From NCBI RefSeq assembly GCF_033153115.1, contig NW_026889752.1:12276001-12340000 (forward strand): a DNA stretch of 64,000 nucleotides. Reading direction: 5' to 3'. This DNA is from Saccostrea echinata. Taxonomy: Eukaryota. Both the position numbers and the translations under genes were made by a program. Positions 1-34,896 of the stretch are shown piece after piece. The first letter of the stretch is position 1. Each line of letters opens with the position of its first letter. A model generated the notes under the pieces. The model ran no database searches. It was not told the DNA's origin and was given only the letters and a program-made list of their open reading frames with translations.

Positions 1-510
1 ATGGGTATAAGTTAATATAAAAATATAATATATTATTATCATATGTCGACTTAATATATCCCAGTGAACTTGAAATAAAAGACACCACAGAGTCTACCAC
101 ATCTTTTTCATATTTTGAGGTTTTTCTATAGATGATAAGACGCAACAATTAACTACTGTATAACAAACGATATGATTTCAGCCTTTTCATCGTTAGATTT
201 CCTTATTCCTGTCGTAATACTATCACCTGCATATCTCCACACTTATTCGATACTCAAGAGTATGCTCTAAGTACGATCAATTCTTAAACCACGGCAGGCT
301 ACTGACAGATTAGTTGATATTATAGGGATTTCAAAACCTTGTTTAAAGTTAGCATTTCGTAAATTAAATAGTCATTATAATGACCAAATATATCCTAGCT
401 TTGGGTCGTATCTCTGCTGAAGTGTTTCTGCTGAAGTGAAAGGGATGCTTACTCCTCTTAGGCACCTGATTCAATCTCTGGAATTTCCGGGGGTCCGTGT
501 TTTATGCCCT
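1..510 (+). mobile_element. Decayed Penelope-like retroelement, 3' part (RT palm/thumb remnant + 3' UTR)
   Basis: Broken frames give YPSELEIKDTTES.., a degenerate YDKRDDFNFSIV-like segment and LIRYSRVCS, homologous to 1990-2300. 3' UTR motif GGGATGCTTACTCCTCTTAGGCACCTGAT...GGTCCGTGTTTT at 442-505. Confidence 0.85.
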
Positions 511-2625
511 GTTCACAGATTTGACGTAGTTAATATAAATAATATTCTTAATCACAAAAAGGTCCAGTCTTGTATTCCACCATATTTCAAGTTGAAGTCC
601 ACACCTTGTATTTCTTACAAATACACATTGACAATTGCTTCCAAACTTTTTAATTATAAAAAAAAACTCTTCAGTGCCTAAATATCGAGCATCTGAAACA
701 TAATCCTCCAACGTGTTCGTGTTCTTCTTCACCCTACAACTTTAGTCCTGCTGGACACGTCATTACTGTTGACGTAAATGTAGTTAATAATAAGGACCAA
801 TCACTTATTATAAGATGGTCACAGTTTAGGGAAGACCGTTCCTTCACCCGGCGTCATAATTTGAAAAAAATATTATTAAATTCAATTGAAGATTACGCCA
901 GACGATGGGCCAAATATGAAAATGAAGACCTTGACACTTTGTCAGAATGGATAAAATGTATCGGGTGGATGTTGAAATCTCGCATTAAGTGATTGAAGGG
1001 CAATATGAAAATCATCTATCCTTCTGTCTTCGACAATACAGAAATGAAACAAGAATTAGATTGATTACACGATCAGTATGTATTGGTCCCAGCTGACAAA
1101 GCATGTAACATCATTGTCTTTGTTTGTAAGGCTCATTATTTGAATTGTATTTTAGTGGAACTACGATTTAATTCTGCAAGTGGTAATCCAACTTATACCC
1201 ATAGCTCCCTTTCTAAGGAGGAAATTCTGTAAAACCATATGTCAGTTTTAAATATTTTTAATATTCCCAACAATCAAAATGAATTTGAATTACCATACCT
1301 ATACTGGGTTCCTAAACGCAATAAAAATCCTTACAAACAAAGATACATAGCGGTTTCAAGTAAATGTTATATCAAACCTTTATCTTTACTCCTCACTAAA
1401 ATATTTACAGCAGTGAAGGAGAAACCTCAGGAGTATTGTACAACAGTATATTCCAGAAGTAGTAATAATCAGATGTGGATACTTAAAAACTTCAAGGAAC
1501 TTTATAAAAAATTGAAATCACAGAATTTTACTAAAATCAATAACATCAAAACGTACTACTTTTCAACACTTTATACAACCATTCCCAATGATAAATTAAA
1601 GTCCTTGCTTTTTGACATCATAGACAGCTGCTTTTACAATACAAACGGAACTAGTAAATATACGTACAATAATTGTCATTTGGTCATTTGCAAAACTATT
1701 TTGCTAAAAAACATTCTGATTGTACACACAACTACTCTGAAGTTTATATTAAAAATGCTTGAGTTTCTGATTGACAATATCTATGTGGTTTTTGGAGACC
1801 AGGTCTTCCTACAATCTCTTGGAATTCTCATGGGTACCACCCCCCCCCCCTTTATTATTAGACCTATTTTTGTATTCATATGAAGCCAAATTTTTTCGAA
1901 GACTTCTTTATAAGAAGAAGAAAACACTTGCTGTGGCCTTCAACTCGACATTTAGATGTATTATTAGCAATTGTTACTTCCATTCATATGTCGACTCGAT
2001 ATATCAAAGTGAGCTTGGAATAAAAGATACCACAGAGTCTGACAAATTTGTTTCATATCTAGATATTTTACTAGAAAAAGACTTTAATGGTAACCTAACA
2101 ACCATGCTTTATGATAAACGTGATCACTTCAACTTTTCAATCCTCAGCTTCCCTTACTTATGTAGCAATATACCCTTATCGCCTGCATGTTGGATCTATG
2201 TCTCACAGTTGATTCGATACGCAAGAGCATGTCCTACGTATGTACAATTTCTAAAACGAGGTCTGTTTTACGAAACAAAACTATTGACAAACAAGTTGAT
2301 GAAGTTTGCAAGTTTAATGGTCGATACAATGACCTTGGCAGCAAATACGACCTATCATTACGTCAAATGCTGACTGACTTTTTGATACTAATTGTTAGGC
2401 CCTTATTTACACACTAAATTATCTACGGATTTTTTCGAGATTTTTCCCCAATCATGACAAGGAGCACAAGGCGGGTTTGACCGTTCGGCAGGGGATGCTC
2501 TCTCCTCAATGGTACCTGATCCCACCTCTGATGTTTTTGTAGGTCCGTGTTTGCTCTGCTCCAGATTTGTATAGTTTAAATTGACTTTGAGCTTGAGTAC
2601 TGTTCATTATCTCCATATTTCATTG
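511..2625 (+). mobile_element. 5'-truncated, frameshifted Penelope-like element (Naiad-like, RT at C-terminus)
   Basis: Translated pieces: PPTCSCSSSPYNFSPAGHVIT, YVLVPADKACN, LPYLYWVPK..KNPYKQRYIA, FSTLYTTIP, QSLGILMGT, LYDKRDHFNF, SQLIRYARAC. No GIY-YIG domain follows the RT thumb. Conserved 3' UTR ends ..TTTCAT near 2623. Clade assignment is from recalled motifs, not a search. Confidence 0.85.
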
Positions 2626-3194
2626 TATATTTTTGAGATTAATCACTGTTCGTTATCGTTACCTCTTTCCTGTATAATGTCCCAGAAAATCTAAAGAAAA
2701 AATTGGTGGAAGGAAACTTTAAAGTCACAATTTGAAAAAAAAATAAATACAGACTATTTTTTCTATTGTCAAAATTGATTAATTTTATACAAGGACTATG
2801 GTTCACAGAAAAGTATAATCAATAATTGTAAATGGTGAACATGATTTATGTAATTTTTAAATTTTTTCTTTAGGGCATGGTAGATACACGCATGTTAAAA
2901 GAATTAAATGATTATTAAATATTATCTATTGACAATATTCTAGATAACAGCATGTTGATGATGCATGTGTGCCTCCTGTAGACCTACCAACAATGAGATA
3001 AACATTCTGGACAATGTTAACTATAACGTCTGGAGGAGACTCTGTACCCATTCCAAAAAGTTGGTTCAGTCTCTGAAAAACCTCTCTCCCTTAGGAATAA
3101 ATGTAACGTTTTCGAATCAGTTTTAAAGTTTTTATTTTCTATTTACGTCATATCTGCGTAATCAGAAGTTGGCCTAGCTTTAGTCCGGCATGAA

Positions 3195-3350
3195 AATTTG
3201 TATTGTTTCCATAGATTTTTGAGCTTGAAAACTGTGCTCCTGATTCCACCTCTGATGTTTTAGAAGCCCGTCTTTGCTCTGCTCCCGATTTGTATAAATT
3301 GTTTTAATGGACTTTTGAGCTTGAATACTGTTTATTAACTCCATATTTCT
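3195..3350 (+). repeat. Isolated 3'-terminal fragments of the same Penelope-like family
   Basis: 3236-3350 is a diverged copy of 2515-2622 (CCACCTCTGATGTTTT..TTTGCTCTGCTCC..GACTTTTGAGCTTGA.TACTGTT). Confidence 0.8.
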
Positions 3351-3670
3351 CTTCAATGAAACACCATGTTCACACTAGTCCTTAATTCCCGCCGTTGTAC
3401 AGCTGCGTAAGACCTATGATGAAAAGGCCCCCTGAAATTGCTTGGGTGCTTAAGTAGACTCTACCTTCACAACGAAAAAGTGGTGTAACTCAGAAAGATA
3501 ACAACGTAGGGTAAGCATTTAGACATATGCGAGCTATGTTGTTTATATACATGTTATTGAACCAGAACAATGAAACATAAATTCTACGCATGCGCTGTTA
3601 CTTTTTGTGTCAAAAGTAAAATCATCTGTTGTGAGAACTAAATAACAAGGAAGTATTTCAAAGCTAGACC

Positions 3671-6398
3671 ATGGCTTCTTCTTTGGTAGCACATATTTTT
3701 GTCTTACTCCTATGGTCCATAGACTCACAACGAATAAATGACGAGGAATCGATTGTGGACAAGTGTAAATCAGGAGTTGACTATTTAAGCAAATTGGAAG
3801 ACTTGCGTATTCTTATGCTGGAACAACGTAACGAATTCAAAAAAGATAACCAGGAACTGAAAAATCAATTAACTCTGCTTGAGACGCTAAGGAACACAAC
3901 AAAAGGTACATATGAATGGTTTGTTAATGATACAATATATATATCCACTGAATATTATCTTCTTTATTTATTATAAAAATACGGTCATTTATGAATACTT
4001 TAACGCCACTTAGCGATGTATCTGCATAGATTTCTTTATCGTTTACTCTTTCATCAAGGAAACATACAATGACGTACATATCAATAATACAATATTCGCA
4101 TATGATTTTCTATATAGACATAAAATATAGAAATAAACAACAGAGACAATAAAATGTTTTTCTTTGTTTAAGAAATATAGAAACTAACATAGAAGCAATT
4201 GCAGAAGAAATATACATAAAACGCTTACGCGGGTTACATTAATATCCCTTACAACATCCAAAGAAAATATTTTATTGTTAAATATAATGCATAGCAAAGA
4301 AATGAAAGTTACAACATTTTTATTCATCTTTTTCTCCATTAACATACAGAGTTGACATAGAAATGTACGTATTGTACAGTGTGAGGGGATTTTCCGGGAA
4401 AATACTTTGTCATAAGTATTATCAAATTATGTGATATATTAGTAACGGAAAACTTCCATCATTAACGTCCGTTGGACTTCTCTCAAGTTTTATAATTATT
4501 TTGTCCTTTTTGTATACAAATTCAGGTTTTAGGAACTTCAATAAGTTAATGTCTTGACATCAGTAAATGTATTCTATTAAATACAAAGCCGCATAATCTA
4601 GAAGTTCACATTTAGTACATGTATGAACAGTTTGTGAATGTTCAACAAATATTATTCGACCAATTACACCGATTATCTTGTAAATTGTTTAATGCCACAG
4701 TAAAGAAGCTAAAATAGTGTAAGTAAAACGTAAAAAAAGCTGAGACTGAATGTCTATATACACGCCACTTCTCCCAATACCTTGAAGTATTATGGAATAC
4801 TTTTTGGTAACAAAGGTATTTTTATGGTAAACACCCACATGCAACCAATTGACTGTTCGTGAAATTTATGTATTATTTTGCTCCTGGATCTAGTATTTAA
4901 AGGAGGTACAATGTAGCTCTGTTACAAGGCAAAATATAATAAAGACGCAAAATGTAATAAAGTGAGATTATTACATTTTGCATTAAGATAAACGTTAAGA
5001 TAAACGCAGAATGTAATAACACAAAATGTAATCATACCATTTTTGGATTATTATATTTTACGTTATTAAATTATGCGTCGAGGTTAACGCAAAACGTAAT
5101 GAAACACTCAATAGATCTAATATCAAAATTTAGATTTTATTGTAGACTGATATCAATCGCATTTCCCGATCTTTCATTAGTCTGTAATTATTACTATTTT
5201 GGTTATCTAAAATATAAATATGAATATACAAAATTCACATTTTGTATTCCCAACATTTCGTAACGAAATTTACACAAACTGTTTTAACATCTGTTACTTG
5301 TGGTAAAAACGTATCCCTCCAATGTCAGGGAAAAAAGCGTTATCTAAGACACAAAAAAGTTAAAGAATTTACAATAAATTATAACAGAAGCGCTTTATCA
5401 TGTAAGCTGCAATTTAAATTTAATCCTTTTCCGTTTATATAGAAAAGCTGTAAGAACGACTTAAAACAAGAAAACTTTCAAAAGTTCAAAAATTGTTAAG
5501 GCAATTAAGAGGTATAATTACATTTTTTCATAAACTTAGCTTTTTGAGCAATATAAAACGTACACAGACAAGAAATTCAAAAGATATCTGGATAAGGTAA
5601 ACAGATTTGCATAAAGAAATCCTTATTGATTGAATTGATCCCATTTTAATTTCATTTTATGTAATTCATCCTATCTTGACCTCTTTAGAAAAATGTAATG
5701 ACATAAAATATAGTAATCTTATTTGCTTAAATTTTGCATTGTTATTAAGTTTTCCATTGTAATATATCACGATTACGCATTTTATTATTGCTATACCAAT
5801 TAGAAAAGCTTTAACTCGCCACTCTATTTTTTAGTAGCTTAAGCACTAAACGGCAGTACGATACTTTAATTTATTTGAAGCTTCTGTGAGTCATACTCAA
5901 TTATTTGACCCCAAAAATAAAGAAGATGAACGATTTTTTGAACCATTCAAAATTTTCATGAGAGAAAATGTCGTGCTCCTGTAATGCAACACTAAATTTT
6001 GCTTTCTTAGATTTGGAAAACACAAACTGTTTGCACGCGTAAAAAGAGGTCAATTTATACAATATATTCTGTTTCCATACCTATTTTAATTATAATGAAA
6101 AGTTTTCAGTTTGTGCACAAATTCACATAAAAATAAAGAAAGAAATCCAGATTGCTAGGAAGTTTCATCGTCTCCATTAAAATGGCAATGCATTGTATCG
6201 GACGTTTCATTAAGTCACCTGTAGTGTTGCTGAGGTTTATCGACAGTCAAGACTTTAGACAACTACTGCTCGTCAAGATCGTTACATGATAATTTTAAAT
6301 TTTAAAAATTCTGAACTTCTAAGTGTGAGGAAACGCTCATCCACTCATTTTATCAGTAATGAAACCATTATCAATATAATTAATGAAAAATAAAATTT

Positions 6399-6445
<47 letters not shown>

Positions 6446-7869
6446 ATACAAATAATGAAACAAATTTATTATACGACCTCAAACTAATATCGCAAAAATA
6501 AAAACTGACTGGTACATGTACGTATGCATTAGGTTTGTGGGATAGAATCTTTGATGAGCTATTCAATCCGTGTTTTCTTTTTGCAATACTGAATAAAACG
6601 CTGGGGTTTTATTTTATTTTTAAACATGGAACAAAATAATAAAATTAGAAATTTAAGTTTTAGGACCTTTTTTACTTAAACCGTATCAAATTGAATAGCA
6701 AGATTTTTGCTTTTAATGTCTGGAAACATATTATTTCAGGTCAAAGGAAAGATTTTGATTTTGTTGGGTTCACAGCGATGCTTGAAGCAAGAAACCTTCC
6801 ACAACATGACAGTATTATCAAACCTTCTAGATTTATTACACTCTTTTCAAGTTCTTTTTCAAACACCGGAGAATTTCTTTGCACCAAAGATGGAATATAT
6901 GTATTCTTTCTTCACTTAGTCACAAATTCTCGTTTTAATGGAGCATGGATCTACAAAAATGATCAACCAATGACATTAACTTGGCAGGACGACCCCCATG
7001 AATCTGGAACTACATCACTAGTTGTTGATTTACGAGTCGGGGATAGAATAAGTATTAAGTCCTACAAAAACAACCTTTCTGTTAATGAAACATCAGTTTG
7101 GACAGGCCATTTCCTTTTGTCAAAAACAAATGAGTTCATAGCCATGCAATCTACATTAAAGAATACAGAAAATTTAACGGTCATATCTGGGAAAGATATG
7201 GTTACAAATATAGGAAGCGCAAATTTTTTATTGCAAACAGGGTTTGTTTGTACCAAAACTGGATGGTACAAGATCGACATCAACATAATAGCTGATTCAA
7301 CAAATAATGGGGTAAAGGTGTATGCGAATCACAAGGACGTTCCCGATAAACTTTTGTCGTGGCATTCTCAGAATGGCACAAGTTCAAGTTCAAACACAGC
7401 GGTCTTAAATATCACAACTGGAGACAAAATAACTCTCGATGTCTTTTTAGAAGATGATTTAACCTTAAGTCATTATTCCACTTTTTCCATATATTTACTT
7501 GGGCCAAAGTTTGATGTCGATAGTGGGTTTTCTTGCAGAATACGGCCGATTGCAGAAGAGATGGTAACGTGTCTCAACCCTAATACGAGTCTTAACTCAT
7601 CAGGTTATTTTAGTTGCAAAGAAAAGGGGTATTATTATTTCAGTATTAATTTTGCGACTGGAATGTCAAATAACGGTATTCAGATTTATAGAAATGAAGA
7701 ATCATTGACATTTGCATGGATAGGGGCTAAATTGGGTATATGGAGTACAGCTTCAACGTCGTTAGTCGTTAACTTAGAAGTTGGTGACTACATAACCTTT
7801 AGGCAAATGCGCAAAAACCTGACTTTGGGTTATTCATCTCGTGTTGTGGGTTACAAAATCTACCCATGA
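3671..7869 (+). CDS. Secreted multi-C1q-domain protein (signal peptide, coiled coil, 3 tandem gC1q domains), ~454 aa; exons 3671-3905 and 6740-7869
   Basis: Exon 1: MASSLVAHIFVLLLWSIDS signal peptide plus heptad-rich LEDLRILMLEQRNEFKKDNQELKNQLTLLE. Phase-1 donor AAAG|gtacat (3905) joins tttcag|GT (6740) in frame. Exon 2 has three C1q signatures: GEFLCTKDGIYVF..SLVVDLRVGDRI; GFVCTKTGWYKI..AVLNITTGDKI; GYFSCKEKGYYYF..SLVVNLEVGDYI. Confidence 0.9.
4385..4400 (+). promoter_or_regulatory. Candidate overlapping NF-kB (GGGATTTTCC) and STAT/GAS (TTCCGGGAA) site in C1q intron 1
   Basis: GGGGATTTTCCGGGAA matches GGGRNWYYCC (4386-4395) and TTCNNNGAA (4392-4400). Motif match only. Confidence 0.4.
4920..5790. 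repeat. MITE-like repeat with subterminal arrays of ACGCAAAATGTAATAA in both orientations
   Basis: Several direct and inverted copies of the ~16-nt motif at 4928-5100 and weaker inverted copies at 5690-5790. Boundaries approximate. Confidence 0.45.
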
Positions 7870-9774
7870 TCCATCAGTTTAAAATATGAGGTATGCCGTT
7901 TTTCTTTTAAAAAATTAAAGGGGGGAGGAGTTGATCTCTGTTTTTTTCTTCGCCAAATTTCTTTAGATAATACTTTGTTAACTAATAGATTATCTGGCAA
8001 ACATCTGTTCTCTAAATTACAAACTAGCAGGAAAATTCAAAAAACATTATAGCACAAGCTGATTGTTTGACTGACCATGTCGTAAAGATATGCAATAAGG
8101 AAGTTAACGTCATGACAACAAAAGTGTTGGAAAAGGTATTGTTCCTTATTAATACATCTGATAAATGTAACATATGTTATTTTTAAACCATATTAGAAGG
8201 ATTAGGTTTTTGGTGTATGTTAAAATATCCATCATATACGTCATAACAAGCCCAACAGGAAACGAACAACTGGCTTGGGATTCTGAACACTTCATCGTTG
8301 AATCATCAGGGTAAAGTTCTTTGGGTAAATTTTTATCTATAATATCTAGTCTTTCATAATCGAAATTTTAATCTGCACTAAATTTGGCCTAAGGGGTGTG
8401 AAATTGTGTGTACAATTAAAATAACTCCATCCTAATGTCCAACAGCGGAGTGAGAATTGAACCTGACTGTACCTTCAGGTTATTATACAGGTATAGGTAT
8501 TGCCTGAAATATGTACATAGATGCTTTTTTTTTTAATTTATATTATATAATAGTATGATATGTTTTCCATTTAAATTAATATATTGCAAGTGTATATAAC
8601 GCTTCTTTTAAACACAATACAAGACCCTGGAGTAAAGAAGCTGATTTGACTAGCTTACGCAATTTTTTTTATGCATATTACATGTATTTAACGTTTTTTG
8701 GCAGTTCAAGCTTTCTATTTTGCCGCTGAAACTCAGCAATTTTGTTCGAACACTGTCATAATAAAGCTTAATAAAGCCAATGAAATTATATTACACTTTT
8801 CAGGTATGGGATATTATCCCAATAGCTGATAATTTTAATATTTAGATCTACAATGATAACTTTTGTGATATACAATGAAAATATAATACTTACTCAGTCA
8901 ACACATTGAGAAAAGGATAGATAGTATACTTGTTGAAAGTAGTTAAAGAAATAAAATTCATACACTACACGCAAAAAGTTAGTTTTATAAAAGCAATCGA
9001 GAGCATAAAGATGAACTTGAATTACTCAAACAATGAGTGTCTGGTTGAAAGAATCTAGAATTTTTCCGAGACAGAGAACCATTTTCTTAGAGGTATCAGA
9101 TCATGTGTTCAACATCTAACGTGCATTACAATGAGTGTATGAATGAGTTGGATCAAGAATTTTTTCGAGAGAGACAATTTCTTTTAGAGGAATCGAATCA
9201 GATTTTGTGTTCGTCATCTTATTGTAATACTCATGGTTTTTACAGATTAATGATGAAGAAAAGAGTTCTGTGGACAAATGAGCTTTGCCTCTTACTATAA
9301 TTTCTTCAAATTATTGTCTATACAATACAATACAAATTAATACCATTAACAATCTGCGTGTGAGAATATTTATATTCTTTTAAACCTTTATATATGTACA
9401 ATAGTTCTTTTTGTTTTATCCCACCCTTTTTTGATGGCAGGTATATCAGTGCCTGATGGAATGTTTAACTTTAGGGGGTCAGTTTGCATAATACATGTAT
9501 GTCAAAGATTTTTTGTGTTCTTTAGAAGGTTTTTCTAGTCTCTTCTGACCCCCTAACTATGTGTATTATTGCTTTGCGTTGTTCACTTGAATAAATGACA
9601 ATTTTTCACTTTCATTACTGCTGTTTTTTTTCTCTTGATCCATCAAAAACTTGCTCAGTTGACTTGGTTTCGGACTTGTAAGAATAACAAAGGAACATAA
9701 AAACCTTTAGATATATACATTAATTTTGTATTCATGTTATAATTACTTTTTTCTTGAACCATGAACCGTAAATG

Positions 9775-9927
9775 NNNNNNNNNNNNNNNNNNNNNNNNNN
9801 NNNNNNNNNNNNNNNNNNNNNNNNNNNNNNNNNNNNNNNNNNNNNNNNNNNNNNNNNNNNNNNNNNNNNNNNNNNNNNNNNNNNNNNNNNNNNNNNNNNN
9901 NNNNNNNNNNNNNNNNNNNNNNNNNNN
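9775..9927. other. Assembly gap (N run)
   Basis: Run of N. Confidence 1.
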
Positions 9928-10112
9928 TAAACAAGTTACATTATGACGTCATTCTCGTGACGTTCTGTAGGCAAAGTGGAACATAATATAATTCTGACGT
10001 TATAATAATCACAATTTTATGAGGCACTGAGATAGAGAATTACAGTCATAGTAATTTTGAAATTCTACATTTGGATAATATAAAACATTGACCTGGATTG
10101 CTGTGTTTTTAT

Positions 10113-10156
<44 letters not shown>

Positions 10157-10199
10157 ATATATAATATAGTAATCGAAGGATGCGTAATATTATTATGTA

Positions 10200-11010
10200 T
10201 TGACCGGGTTTACGGAATGATCAGTAGTCATTTTAAGTATTAAAAAACAATGGCCTTACAATTAATATGAAATTTGTGAATCCAAATACTACCCAATGAT
10301 AGGTTGCATTTGCTATCAAGGTTATTATAATGACTATAGAATTTGTGATATGCTGACTTAAAGGGATTTTAGAAATCCCTGTAACATCAGCTTATTTGTC
10401 AGGAGCCTGCCTCGTTCCTAAAATTAGTCGTAAACTGAACGTGCTCTTGAGTACGATTAAGTTGGATGATATATATAATACAGGTGATATCGAAATATTA
10501 CTACATAAATAAGGAGAGCTAACGATGGAAAAGCTGAGGTTATCTCGTTTGTCAATAGTTAAATTGTTAGTTTACCCCTATCGTCTATAGTCAGTAATCA
10601 TCTTAAAATGAAATAGATGTGGCAGACTCTGTTGTATCTTTTATTTCAAGATCATTGGGATAAATGAGTCGATATATGAATGGAAGTAATAATTGCTAAT
10701 TGATAGAACGTCGTCAATATATCAGAATGTCCTTTAAGGCCACAGCAAGTGTTTTCTTCTTCTCGTGTAGAAGTTTTAAATAAATTCTGCTTCATAAGAA
10801 TATGAAATACATCATCAAATAAGGAGGCACAATTAGAGCCCATCAAAATTCCAACGATTTGTTGGAAGACCTGTTCTCCAAAGACCACGTAAATGTTTTC
10901 AAGGAGGAATCAATATCAACTCCAGAGTAACAATGTATAAAATCAGAGTGAATTTTTACAAAGAAATTTTATAGATATAAAAAAATCAGTTTTATTGTCT
11001 ATGATATCAA
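10200..11010 (-). mobile_element. Decayed Penelope-like RT fragment
   Basis: Minus-strand VFGEQVFQQIVGILMGSNCA and YIDDVLSISN (RT active-site motif). Homologous to 1740-2430. Confidence 0.85.
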
Positions 11011-11492
11011 TTTTTTTTTAAATCTATCGTGAGAATAGTTAATCGAGATCAATCTATATATTAATAACAATGTCGTGTATACTTCCAAGTAGATATTTGC
11101 GTTGTACCTCAAGATCAAATAATACTAAAATGTCCACAAAAGAATTTCATTTAATTAAATGTATGTTGAATTGCACGAACTAAAAAAATAATTATATGGC
11201 TTTTTTCCAATTTTTTCTTATATTTTTTTAAATTTCTAAATTCATTTCGTTTTTAAAAGATTCTGATCGTATTATAAAAAAAAAACAAACAAACCCTTTT
11301 TATTTAGATAAGATTAATAAGGAGTATGTCATATACCTAGGAATTCATATAAACTATCGATATGAAGCTTTAAGACCGATGATTTCAAACCTGGCTGATT
11401 AATACAATTCTTTATATAAACAATCCAGCGTTTTGAAGTCATTGATTTTTGATTAAGAGTACCACAATATCTAAACAATATATGAAATCATG

Positions 11493-34450
<22,958 letters not shown>

Positions 34451-34896
34451 TTCCTTCAATCAATTAATATCAGCATTCAATAACTGATGTGTAACAATAT
34501 TGAAAATATTTAGCACAACTTTCAGTGCGCAAGGGAAATAAAGTGCAGTTATTCAAATGGATAATTTTGCTGCCAACAAAGATTATTGAAATAGAATGCT
34601 TTTTTGAAATGTTAAAAAAGGTCATTTTTGGTTCATAACACAGAGGGTACAAATTGTTCTGTTCAATGGTTTAAAGATATAACAAAACAACTGCAAGGAC
34701 ATTTGGATAGTTGGAACGGGTTGTAAAAGGAATCATTTTTACAATTGTTTGATCAACAATCATTTAATGATTCATAATTTGTTTATGCTATTATTGAAAC
34801 ATAATCGAAAGTGAAAGTAATGCATTTTAGTTTAATACGTGATTATCCAGACAAGTGGCGCAAAAATGCCAACAAAAGTAAATGATAAACAAAGCA

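Noticed and set aside
985-1070. In-frame TGA codons in the Naiad-like ORF as selenocysteine, and ATGA..AA..TGA at ~2453-2482 as a SECIS
   Set aside because: The copy also has frameshifts and TAA stops, the TGAs are explicable as CGA>TGA decay, and the putative SECIS stem does not pair.
9944-9951. Scattered TGACGTCA (CRE) palindromes
   Set aside because: They occur several times, mostly in repeat-like DNA, with no positional support for function.
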